Below are positions 39,497-50,489 of a DNA stretch of 64,000 nt, piece after piece. Under the pieces are notes generated by a model. That model ran no database searches and was not told the origin of the DNA. It saw only the letters and a program-made list of their open reading frames with translations. Numbering within the stretch: position 1 is the first letter of the stretch; every line of letters begins with the position of its first letter. Made by a program: the position numbers and the translations under genes. The DNA comes from Convolutriloba macropyga (Eukaryota): contig NC_134478.1 of the NCBI RefSeq assembly GCF_964194025.1, positions 15,314,001 to 15,378,000 on the forward strand, written 5' to 3'.

Positions 39497-40100
39497 ATGC
39501 AAGAATTGCGGAAATTTATTTTCGAGATTTCCCCGGGAGTTTACCGAGTGGAATCTTGTCTGTCGCGGACTCGGAAAGTATCTACGCTAGAACATCTGGC
39601 ACCAGCCAATATTTGGTCGCGTGCTCTGCAGACTAAAGTGGAACTGCAAAACAAGTGCTCACAGTTAGAGAAGTGGAAGAGTGATGACTCTTCACTTCAA
39701 AAAGACCTCGTCGAGCTTCGACAGGAACTGGATAACTATTACAAGACCAAAGAGGCAACAAAAGAAGTTTTGGGTAAATGGAGTGTCGAGAGTGAGGCGT
39801 TACGAGATAACTTAGGGGCAGCAGCAGCAGCCGAATAGGAGCTATCCATTGAGGTATTGAAGCCAGAGTTGGCCGATTTGAAAGTCAAATTTGCTAAGAA
39901 GTGAGAAGCCATCGAAAATATGGAGAAAATGAATGACCAATTGAGGTCAGAACTTGAGCAGCTGGAACACTACAATCAGTATTTGGCCAACGAATGCCGA
40001 AAAAAAATTCTCTCTTTTATCGACAAAAGAGTACCCTTAGGAACGAAAAAACCAAAACAAAGGCCATGGAGAAATGTTTATTCGAGATTGGGAACAAAAA
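39497..40100 (+). pseudogene. Disrupted coiled-coil protein ORF
   Basis: Heptad-like E/K/L-rich segments (ORFs 39497-39838 and 39920-40108) separated by in-frame stops. Confidence 0.4.
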
Positions 40101-40104
40101 CATT

Positions 40105-40364
40105 ATGAACCGGCCTGCAATGCTATACGAGATTTTGTTGGTAAAAAGTTCAGCTTCAAAAGATCAGATCAAGAAAAACACTACCACAAAACGAGCCTGT
40201 TGACGCACCCTGATGCTGGTGGAGACGAAGAATTCTGCAAGACCATCAACCGGGCATATCAAATTCTGACAAATGATGCGGCACGGGAAGCGTACATATT
40301 TGGACTTGACGAGGCCGAAAAAGATGAAGCTACAAACTTTTTGTATAGTAAGACGTTCACATAA
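40105..40364 (+). pseudogene. DnaJ J-domain ORF, frameshifted
   Basis: MNRPAMLYEILLVKSSASKDQIKK, a frameshift at ~40178, then HYHKTSLLTHPDAGGDEEFCKTINRAYQILTNDAAREAY. This is a canonical J-domain with HPD at 40206-40214. Confidence 0.8.
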
Positions 40365-40426
40365 CAAGATCTTTGAATGAAAAAATATTGTTTAATTTTG
40401 AGTGAGTGGTGCATTCTATTCTTGTT

Positions 40427-40460
40427 AAGAGGGAGGAAGTGTGAGTGTTACACGTATATG
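40427..40460 (+). other. Polypurine tract followed by TG (candidate PPT and start of a 3' LTR)
   Basis: aagagggaggaag (40427-40439) is followed directly by TGTGAGTGTTAC. Confidence 0.4.
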
Positions 40461-40489
40461 AAAAAAGTTTTAAGGTTAAAGATTTAATG

Positions 40490-43400
40490 TAAAAGAAACA
40501 GAATTGTCAAATTAAAATTTCTTCCGATATTTAAAACAAACGTTTTCGAACTTTACGTTCATTGTCAGGTTAAAACTGTTTTTACAAATTGTTAAAAGAT
40601 AAATAAATATGTATTTAAATTTGTCTTAGACCAAACTTAAAACAATTCTAGGAACTATTATAAAAATTCAATCAAAAATTTTTCCATATGCACAAAATTT
40701 AGCCTATATACAACTCATATTTACATCCATTATCAATTGATTTAAAATCATTCCAATTCCGGATTTTTTGATTTTGGCCATGTTCTTAATTTTTAGGGTT
40801 ATTCCGAATTTGCTCTAAACTTAAGTATCCCTCTTGTGGAGGTTTTGCAAATTTCGTTGTGTCATGCACAAAATGTTTTTTGCCCTATGTATCCTCATCT
40901 AGCCAAAATCATAATTCGAACTAATATTTTAACGTGAGTTCCCGCCCCCTATGTTCATCGCGTGTGTTTAGTGCCGGGTTCAGCTTGCTGATGTATATAG
41001 CTTCGATAATCATTAGTTTTTCTTTCTACCGTCCGGCAGGTGCCCAAAATTTTCCATTCAATGTCATTCGTGGCGCCACGACATTCAACATGATGTTGAC
41101 CCACCTGTGAATCTTTTTTTTGATGTTGTGTTATCATTGTGGTAACATGGCGGCTTGTTTGTTCAACATAGATGGATCCGCATCTATTATATTTAATCTC
41201 ATATACCACGTGGTATTATTTCAGGTCTCTATCGAAAGATGACTTCAGGGTGGGGAGGCAAGATCTTTATTTCCGCGCCGTAAAAACCACTTGTAATTCG
41301 CATAGTTTCTTCAATTTGCTTGCAAAATTTTGAGTATGGTTGCCTCTGTATGGTAGAAAATTAGTTGGCGTATTGTAAGATCTAGACGTTCTTTTATGAT
41401 GCTCTTTTGGTGTTGGTCTCATTTGGTCTTCACCGCGACTTATTATCTTTTCTAGATTCTGGTTCACTATTTTTGAAGAGCAATCTTCTGGATAATGATT
41501 TTTGGTCCAGCAAGTTTTGTTCTTTTCAAGTGCCTGATCGAAGGCCAACCAATTAGAGGTTGCATTAAAATCCTTATGAACCGTCCTTTGAATCACAATT
41601 GTCTTATGCTGAAGCGGTGCGCAGCTGCGAAAATTCAGTATCACTCCAGTGTCAGTTGGTTTTTGATACCAATGACAGGTGATATTACTTTTACTGCCCA
41701 CTTTCGCGTTAATGTCAAGAAAAGCCAAATTCACTTCCATGTTGACTTTTTCTAAGGAAAATTGCAGGTTGTTGTGTAAAGAATTTGCAAATATTAAATA
41801 CTCGTCCGGGTGACAACGAATCATGCAGATAATAGATAATATCATCCCCATACCTTTCAAACAATTTCATTCCCTCATAGTTCCCCACTATCTGTTGGTT
41901 GTTGCAATAAGTACAAATCCAAACAACATCCTGCATGTTGGCGTATTCCTCATTCGATATCTTTTGGCATTTTGCATGAAACCAGTTTTTGTATGACTCA
42001 CATTCTTTTCCTCTTCCTCGGAAAGACAATCTCCGTTTACAGTCTTTGCAATTGCCGTTTTGGTCGGATCTGGAAATATTTTCGTTGAGTTCTGGTTTTT
42101 GCAGTGATGCCTCAAACGATTTCATCCACACGTTTGCTAGTATTACAGCCAGTGATGCACCCATAGCCAGACCATTCGATTATACATACCAAGTTCCTTT
42201 ACAATTGAATTGAACATTCGTCACAGCAAATTTTAGCAAAGTTTTCTTGGCGGATCTTGGGATATCTGGAGCTAGTTGCTTGAATAGAGTTCTCTTAGAG
42301 CAATTTCTATAGCCTCGCCAACCGGAACGTTGGTGTACAAACTTTTTACGTCAAGAGATACTATCTGCTCGTCATCTTCAAGAGTGAGAGACTCTAAGGC
42401 CTTTCTAGCATCTTGCGTGTTGTATTCAATATTTGCGCCGGGTAGTTTCTGGAAAAATAGTGTCAGAAATCTGTTTAGATTTTTGTAGCTGCTACCAGGT
42501 ATCGAAAGAACAGGTCGGGGAGGTGTATCGTTTTTAGGTAACTTTGCCAGGCCTTAAAGCCTCGCTGGTTGTGAACCTGTTGACCTTAGTCTTTGATCAA
42601 TTTTGTCACCAATCTTCCCTTGCTTCATTAATTGTTGCAGGCTGTTATTGATCTGTTTTTCATTTTTGATCACAATATCATCTTTTGCTTCATTGATTTG
42701 TTGAAACTGATCCTTTTCCGTGTACGTTGCCTTCTTCATCACACAGAAACCGCAGCCTTTGTCAAATGGTACCGCCAGCAAATCATTGGTTTTTAGGTAA
42801 TCATGCACTTTTTTGACCCCTCTATTCATTCGGGTTTCGCGTACTTTTTTTGCATACCATTTTGCTGACGCCTCAATTTCACAAAGCCTCTCACCCCCAG
42901 CGTTATTCTCGCGTAGCTCACGTACAAGCTTGTTTACGTCTCCAAGGAAGTGCACCTCATTAAACTTGTCACTCACCGGGTGTTTAGGTCCCAACGATAA
43001 GATCTCAAGTACAAAATTTGGAAGTTCACGGCCATCCATTATCACAACATTACTATGGGAGCCATTCCACAGTGGTCTATCCTGTCTCTCTGACAGTTTA
43101 TCAAGTTTTCCATTAAGTCTGTTTTGAACCATTGCGGAGTGATTCCTCATTTCACGCTTAACGCTGCCAACAACGGATGGCATCAGTTCTGGTCTCACAT
43201 TCTCCCTAAAATTACTCCTATCCGTCTCAAGTTTTTCCTTGAACACTTTACGGCATTTCTCCGCACGGTTTATTTCCTGTTTCAGGAGTTTTAATTGAAA
43301 ACTGTGCTCCGCTTGTTCAGAAAAAATTTCATTTTAAGGAGCGCGAAACCTCAAAAAATCCGGAATTATATCATTGTTAAGGCATTGTTTTAAAAACTCA

Positions 43401-44452
43401 ATTCGGTAATTGCAGCTGGTGACCTTATTTAGGGTTTTCAAGTAACAAGATAAAGTTTGTAACAGTTTGATTTTTTCAAAATATACCTGAGCCACGTCTT
43501 TGTTAGCAGCAACCACATTCATCAAAGAAACTCAAGGACAGGGGGCAATGAAACCTGATTGTTCAGGAGCTCCTCCTCAGACTGTGTCTATTTCACCTTC
43601 CTTGCCTTGGCTCTCGATTTCCTCTGCCTTTTTCCCCAGTTCTTGCCTTTTCCTTACTTGAGCAGCCCTCTTAAATTGTACTGATGGCGTATTACTGTCT
43701 CCATGGTCCTAATTTCTAGCCCGGCCTTCTGATGCAGCTGGCAATACTTTCCTGGCTGCGTCTTCCTCTTTCTCTTCGAAATCAGGTGCTTGGTTATGCT
43801 TAGCATCAGTACCACAGACCTCCGCAGCTCCAGAAAAATATAATCTGTGCCTATAAGTTGACAGTAAACAATAGCACTGAAGCGGTTTTTGTTCGTTCTA
43901 AGAAACGTTGTCAACTCCGGCACGCTGCAGGGCTGGTAGTTGTTTGACTTGTGACGTAAGATTGTGTTATTATCCAGTCTTGCCACACTACCAAGTCTTT
44001 GCTGTTGGTCAGATGACCCTTCTGAAGGAAATTCCTTGCGTTTTTGAACCAGTTTTTGGAATTTCTATTGAAGGAGAGACAGGGAACCGATGTAACTTTC
44101 CCTAAAAACTGTTTTTCGCTTGAATATGGGAGACTATTTACAGCGTGGTGAAGCGAAATTGCAGCCAAATAATGAACCATCTCTGTAAATCTATAAAATT
44201 CATACTCGCTAAAACACTAAAATACTGAAAACTTCTCAAAGTATTTTGCATTTAGCCCTTCTTTAGGCCTTGTTTTCAAAATATTTGACAAATTAAATGA
44301 TGTAAAAGAAACCGATCTGTCAAATTAAAATTACTTCCGATATTTAAAACAAACGTTAAAAGATAAAATAAATTTGTATTTAGATTTTTCTGAGACCACA
44401 CTTAAAACAATACTAGGAACTATTCTAAAAAATCAATCGAAAGTTTTTCCAT
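40490..44452 (-). mobile_element. Near-full-length Penelope-like retroelement (RT with PHD insertion + GIY-YIG), decayed, flanked by direct pseudo-LTR-like repeats
   Basis: N-terminal RIEFLKQCLNNDIIPDFLRFR (43525 ORF). RT motifs ARL*GLAK...RPVLSIPGS, SLDVKSLYTNVP (~42325-42360), GLAMGASLAVILAN, RYGDDII (YGDD 41841-41852), LAFLDI and WYQKPTDTG. GIY-YIG VYEIKYNRCGSIYVEQTSRH...IEAIYI..LNPALN, stop at 40921. Direct repeats at ~40490-40688 and ~44304-44452. Confidence 0.92.
40535..40571 (-). ncRNA. Minimal type-I hammerhead ribozyme motif (core G8 to A variant) in the Penelope terminal repeat
   Basis: Reverse complement AAC-CTGACAAT-GAAC-GTAAA-GTTC-GAAA-ACGT-TT-GTT gives stem I AAC/GTT, stem II GAAC/GTTC and a palindromic ACGT mini stem III. 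It sits ~350 nt after the ORF stop. Confidence 0.55.
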
Positions 44453-45078
44453 AATATTTTTGACGTGAAAAGTCGGTTAAAGATTTAGTTTAAAATTTGA
44501 TTTATTGCCTGATTTATGGCTGACACAAGGTTGATAGGTGTCAGAAAAGAAAATAGACCTGTGATTAGACAAAGCTAGGGCTTCGATCGAAATCAACGAA
44601 ACTGACATATCTTTGTTGACTTAGCTAATTTACCACGATGATGGAACCGATATTGGTTACCGACCAAAGCGAGGAATAAATTCATTGAACACCAAACTTC
44701 CATCAGAGCTAACCACTCTATTAAATCTAGTCAAATTAAACCAACTTTTCTTCACCATAATCTACTTGACAATTTAACTTATAACTTTGCATTTTAACCA
44801 AGTACCACGCTCAATTAGCCACGGACATAGAGTATTGCACACGGGCGGCTACTATACTACGTATTTTAATTTCCAAAATTCGTGATATTTTTAACTTTTT
44901 GGGCGTGACTTGGCCAACGGATAGCTACTATGATGGGGCCTTATTTTATCGGACAACTAATTTCGGGAGGGGGTTGGTTATATCATTGAAAAAACACATA
45001 ATAATTTTTCTACGAAATATTTTAAAGTAATTGTAATGAAAGATTAACGAATGTTTCAGATAGAAAGCTTGAGCCGTT

Positions 45079-47583
45079 ATGAACGGGTCCGAAAGCGGCG
45101 TTACTATGACTTCTGCAGAAATAGCGCATCGGGAAAAATGCGAAGATTTGTGTAAAACTGTTATGGAGTCGGTGATGGTCGTTAAACGCAGTGTACCGCC
45201 CAGCGATCAATACGAGTACTACGGGGCTTTTCCTAAATACCAGCACGTCATTCGTAAATTGAATGATTCAATATATAAGACCATGAACACTGTTTTCTCG
45301 CACGAAAAGCTTTCGACGTCATTTCATCAAGATAATCAGTCAGAAACTGACTTCTCGGATAAGTTTGAAATGATGGTGGAAGCGAATGATGTGATATTAG
45401 AGAAAGTTGGTAATCTCATGGACGAAGCGATGGGATTGCGTTCCCAGCCAGCAATTAAAGTGAGCAGTAATGCGCCAGCAGTTGTAGCTTCTTGGAACAA
45501 AAATCAACTGCAATCATCTTTCAAGTCTACTAAATCATTTTCCTGTCTAAATTGGTTGCCTAAACCTCAGAATGATTTCGACGAGAAACCAGATAATTCA
45601 ACTCTGCCGTTTACGACAATGTTGGTTGATAAACCGAACAATGTTAGAGCGTTATCCAGGTCATATTCACTATTTGTCAAAGGAGAATACAAAGAGGCAA
45701 AAGACCAAACTGAAAATCAGCCTCTATTGCAGCGATCGTACTCTTTCTCAAAGCAATTCGTTGAGGAAATCACTGAGCATCACTATGAAGCAGAGCTGAC
45801 TTCTTTTGTATTACCTGATCATTTTCTCGAACCTGTAATGTGCATACGCCCCGTAGAGGCGACTATCGAAAACCTGCATTTTATTGACACCGTGCCTGGA
45901 CTTAATGCCATGATAGACGTTTTGTCGAAAGAGAAAGAAATTGCCGTTGATTGTGAAGCTCACAACCACAGATCATTTTTAGGCTTTGTCTGTTTGATTC
46001 AAATTTCCACCCGGAAACATGATTATGTTGTTGATACCATTGCTCTTAGATCGCATATTCAAAAATTAAATTCTGTCTTCACGAATCCTGAAATTCTCAA
46101 GGTCATGCATGGATGTGATTCGGATGTTCTATGGTTCCAAAGAGATTTCGGTTTGTACCTCGTCAATGTATTTGATACTGGACAAGCTGCGAGGGCTTTG
46201 AATTATCCTACTTTTGCATTGAGTTATCTTCTAAAGAGGTACGTTAATTTTGACGCTCAGAAAGAGTATCAAATGGCAGATTGGCGGCAGCGACCGTTAC
46301 CCAATGAAATGCTTGATTACGCTCGAATGGATACACATGCCTTGCTTTACATAGCGGACAATCTGCGCAACGCTCTTTACGAGCTACAGAATAACGCTCT
46401 GTTTGAAGTCTTCAACAAAAGCAGACTTTTGTGTCTCAAGAAGTATTCAAAACCAGAATATCACGCCAACTCCTATCAGAAAGTTCTGAGAAATGTGAGA
46501 AAGCGGTTGACAAACCAGCAAGAATTTGTCATCGCCAAACTATATGATTGGAGAGAAGAAACTGCTCGAAGATTGGACGAGAGTCCGCATTACGTGCTGC
46601 CCAATCATATGATGATTCGAATTGGGGAGGTACTACCCCGCGAAGCACAGGGTATTCTGGCATGTTGCAACCCAGTGCCGCCTCTGGTACGAGAATACCT
46701 CAGCGTTTTGCACAAAATAATAATGGATGCCAAATTGAAACACCTGACCACTGACAATGAGACAGGGTTGAAGTTCCAAAGTGTTTCCAAAAATGTCTCT
46801 ATGACTGAAAAGTCGTTTCCTCATGATATTAGCCAAGATAGTGCAGTTGAATCTTTTAATGATCTGGATGCAAAATGCGACGACAATTTATGTGCAGAAA
46901 GGCCACAAGTTCAGCTTTTGACCCAATCATTATACAAAAAAGAGAAAGTTGAGAAATCGATGCAGATTCTGTCTAGTTTGGAGCATCCTTTGTCAAAATA
47001 CTTGGCCGATTTGAACATCGAGCCAAAATTTTTGACGACAAATGAACGTTCCGCCAATTCTCTGTCTCTAAACGCGAAAAGGGGAGAAAAGGCAAAGTTT
47101 CCCCATAGATGGAGATTGAAAGCCCAAATTATTGAGAATCCCTTGCCCAATAATGAAGTTCAGAGTATTGAAGAAACAGCTGCTACTCATGATGTTGTTC
47201 AACAAAAACCGGCTGAAATACCGATAGTTTTTGACGCCCAAGACGCGTCACAGAGTATTTTGAAGGACAAATCTGCGCTCAAAAAAGAAAAGAAGAGGAA
47301 AAAACGGGATGTGATCGAGACGACCAGTTATCAAGACGTTCCTCTTAAGAAAAAGAAACGATCAAAAGTCGCATCCATCTCGGAAATGCAGTCGCATGAT
47401 AAGGCAGAGCTTGGCGAACAAGAAAACGGATTCGAAGATGTTGAAGACGAAGAAATGGAACATCCAACATTGGCTCCTTTGAAGAAACCAAAGAAATTAA
47501 AGACCAAGGCTAAATTATCGCATTCGTTGATGCCAAGAATCAGGGCGTTCTCGAACAAGTCATTCTCGTTCAAACCCAAATAA
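45079..47583 (+). CDS. EXOSC10: Exosome component 10 (Rrp6 / PM-Scl100) 3'-5' exoribonuclease, single exon, 834 aa
   Basis: PMC2NT-like N-terminus (VEANDVILEKVG), KPQ..F...PDNS..PF, DEDDy exonuclease (IAVDCEAHNHRSFLGFVCLIQISTR, HGCDSDVLWFQRDFGLY, DTGQA, KEYQMADWRQRPLP, YARMDTH), HRDC domain (LYDWREETARRLDESPHYVLPNHMM) and a basic tail. Confidence 0.97.
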   Translation: MNGSESGVTMTSAEIAHREKCEDLCKTVMESVMVVKRSVPPSDQYEYYGAFPKYQHVIRKLNDSIYKTMNTVFSHEKLSTSFHQDNQSETDFSDKFEMMVEANDVILEKVGNLMDEAMGLRSQPAIKVSSNAPAVVASWNKNQLQSSFKSTKSFSCLNWLPKPQNDFDEKPDNSTLPFTTMLVDKPNNVRALSRSYSLFVKGEYKEAKDQTENQPLLQRSYSFSKQFVEEITEHHYEAELTSFVLPDHFLEPVMCIRPVEATIENLHFIDTVPGLNAMIDVLSKEKEIAVDCEAHNHRSFLGFVCLIQISTRKHDYVVDTIALRSHIQKLNSVFTNPEILKVMHGCDSDVLWFQRDFGLYLVNVFDTGQAARALNYPTFALSYLLKRYVNFDAQKEYQMADWRQRPLPNEMLDYARMDTHALLYIADNLRNALYELQNNALFEVFNKSRLLCLKKYSKPEYHANSYQKVLRNVRKRLTNQQEFVIAKLYDWREETARRLDESPHYVLPNHMMIRIGEVLPREAQGILACCNPVPPLVREYLSVLHKIIMDAKLKHLTTDNETGLKFQSVSKNVSMTEKSFPHDISQDSAVESFNDLDAKCDDNLCAERPQVQLLTQSLYKKEKVEKSMQILSSLEHPLSKYLADLNIEPKFLTTNERSANSLSLNAKRGEKAKFPHRWRLKAQIIENPLPNNEVQSIEETAATHDVVQQKPAEIPIVFDAQDASQSILKDKSALKKEKKRKKRDVIETTSYQDVPLKKKKRSKVASISEMQSHDKAELGEQENGFEDVEDEEMEHPTLAPLKKPKKLKTKAKLSHSLMPRIRAFSNKSFSFKPK

Positions 47584-47984
47584 ATTATCAGTTGTAAGAC
47601 AACTGTAATAGTTGCTCACCTAATAGAGAAGAATATCGTGTCATTATCACAATGAATGTGTGTAGTCGAGTACAGATTCGAACCCTTTAAACTCAAAGTT
47701 ACGCGAGCTTGGACTTTGAAGTGGAGCTCATTTCAATTTAACGAGTTTTAATTTGAACTGATTTTCATTCTGTCGTGTGATTTTTTTGCGGTTTTGATGA
47801 ATTTAAAAAATGAGGTCTCGTTTTTGTTGTTATTTGGATATTATTGATTTAAACGGCTTCAGGTTTTTATGAGTAGTAATATGGTGATGGCAGATATTTA
47901 AACTACCACACAAATAAGAGACAAGTTTGTTTATCATACGTCAAACGGGATAATAATAGAGTTGTGATCAATCTGAGATTGAAA

Positions 47985-50489
47985 ATGGATGTGGAGAAAG
48001 GGCTTAACTTGGGAACCCAGGCTGCCAGTCGGACGGGTGCTGGACTCATTTCTGGGAAAAGAAGTGCAGCCACAGTTCCCTACAGCATCTCACCCTACCT
48101 CAATATTGATCCATCAATCCTGGCTCAACAGGTGAGAAAAAGGCTTCAGAAAGAGTGGCTATTATGAATGGAGTTCGTCGAGAATAAATTTTCAGTTTTA
48201 AATTTGTATCCATAGAAATTAACTAAGGACTACCCCCGACACGGAGTGTCAGTTAATGAATGTGTGTAGTCGAGCACAGATTCGAACCCTTTGAACTCAA
48301 CGTTACGTGGGCTTGGACTTTGAAGGGGAGCTCATTTCAATTTAACAACGAGTTTTAAACTGAACTGATTGGCTATTATGAATGGAATTCGTCGAGAATA
48401 AATTTTCGGTTTCGGTCCCTAACTAATCTCTTGACATCAAAATGAATAAATAAATAAATCACATTAAAAAAAATTTTTTGGAAGCTATTTATTCCCCCAC
48501 TGTATTAAGCTAAAAATAAGGCGGAAAGAAGGGAGAACATTGTAAAAAATTTATTGCTTTATTCTAAACAGTTAGTTATTGGAATTTTTAATTAATTTAA
48601 ATGTTGTTTGCATCAGTTCTCAGATCTAGGCAGGAACTTGTCGCCTTCGAAAGGAAACTACAAAGTTTGTTTTGTCAATGAGGTTTGAAACCAAAAAAAT
48701 TGAGTTTTTTCAACTGAATGGATTTTAAATTCTTTCACGAGATGGATTCTTTCACTGAAGGGATTTTAAATTCTAGTGTTTTTAAACACTAGATTTTTAT
48801 AGTTCCCTTCGAGCAATCTTAGATTTGAATAAGTATTTTTTTTATTTCAACCTTGTTTTCAAGTTTACTACAAGTATTATGCAATTGAATGCCCCTTTCT
48901 AGATTGCATATTTCCGAATATACTCAATTGTTTTTTTTTGCGTGATCGACACTTGAATATTTCCTGTTGAGTTTTTTTTTTTAAAAAAAAATCGCTCTGT
49001 AATTATTATTAGCCGCCGTCAGCCTCTCAGTGGCTGTTATTTTGGCGCTCTCCTTTTTTTAAAATTCGCTTTACCTTTTGCTAAAGCTTTTCGTTTTACA
49101 TAAGTCACAATTTTCACGCTTGACTTCTGACTTATTTCACTAACTGTTTCAACTAAATGGATTTTAAATTCTTTCACGCATTGAATTATGTAATGTAGTG
49201 AATACAGTCAAAGTCAAAAGATCAAAAACAGGATAAGGTCATTAGAGTTATAGTGCATTAGGTTATCAAAGTTCATTAAAGCGATTGCTAGCTAGCATTA
49301 GTATTATGCTTAATAGCGTTCAGCTAAGAAGCTTAAATAAGTGTAACTTTAGAATTTAACCGAATATGCGGAATTTGCACACCAAATAAAAAAGTTAGAT
49401 ACTTGGAAAAATTCAGTCAATTTCTATCTTTTAATTTTTTTCTTTTTCGGTTTTAATTATAAGAATTTTTACTCAAATTTAAATAAGCATATAAAGAATA
49501 GCTAATTCACAGTTTTTTTTATATTGTCAACCAATGAAATAAGCCTATGAAAACTATTGCTATGAAAATGCTCTTTTGACAAAAAGTCCACTGTTATAGG
49601 AAATCTCATAAGAAACAGTTATCGAATTGCTCTTATGGAAAAAGTGCACTTTTAAGGAAATCCTTTTAAGAGCAATTGGCGTGGACTGTCAATTCGTTTT
49701 AGGAACCCGAGTTCATAATCCCAGAGGGCCAAAATGCAAGACGAAGTCGACACGAACAAGCACTCCCAATTATTGGAAGTTTTATCTTCAGTGGAGCAGG
49801 TGCCGGTAGTGCTTACGGGCTCTACAAGGGCTTCACTGACCATAATGTGAAACAGCTGGAAGGCAAATACTTCAACTCTCCTTGGAGGACACAATTTATA
49901 AATGTTGTTACCAGACACGCCAGCACTGTGGCTAGAACAGGTGGCACAATTGGTACGTGATCATTATTTTGAGACTTTCTTTTCACGAAATGAGATTCGG
50001 CGAATATTTTTAATCTCCATTCAGTTGACGAATCATAATCGCTCTTAGACATTTATGAATTCTTTTTTTCCTTCAATCTAAATTATTTTTGTTAAGATTT
50101 TTAGGCTGGTGATAAGTAATGTTTCATTACTTCATCAGTATTTCAGTAGAACTTACAAGTTCAGTAGAAATTACAAGTTAAAGTAACCCAGCCACGTTTG
50201 GTTGTAATTTATTTGACGTCATTTTCTTTCTCTAGTAATACTAACAACTGTTTTAGGCATGTTTTACTGTGGAATTGGCTCAGTTCTTAATGCATTCACA
50301 TCACAAGAGCAGATGGTCATTTCAGCAGCCTCGGGTGCCCTAACCGGTGCTCTTTACAAATCATTCGCAGGTCTCAAACAGGTTGCTATATCTTCAGCTG
50401 TGGGTACTGGTGTTGCACTTGGAGTCTTCTTTTTGACCAACACGAAACAAGTTAAAAAGGCTGTTTATCAAAGTCGCAGTTACTTTTGA
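47985..50489 (+). CDS. TIMM23: Mitochondrial import inner membrane translocase subunit Tim23
   Basis: Phase-consistent GT-AG exons 47985-48131, 49703-49952 and 50257-50489. They encode SPYLNIDP..|EPEFIIPEG..RRSRHEQALPIIG..TQFINVVTRH..|..AASGALTGALYKS. Confidence 0.92.
48415..49400 (+). repeat. Interspersed repeat, second copy at ~51396-51975; related in reverse orientation to ~1700-1850 and ~4700-4850
   Basis: Long shared blocks, e.g. gtattaagctaaaa.taaggcggaaagaagggagaacatt...gatctaggcaggaacttgtcgccttcgaaaggaaactacaaagtttg. Confidence 0.8.

Noticed and set aside
47660-47745. Selenocysteine tRNA (CTTCAAA loop, long arm and B-box on the minus strand)
   Set aside because: The anticodon stem does not pair and there is no acceptor or D arm; the duplicate at 48255 differs at these positions.
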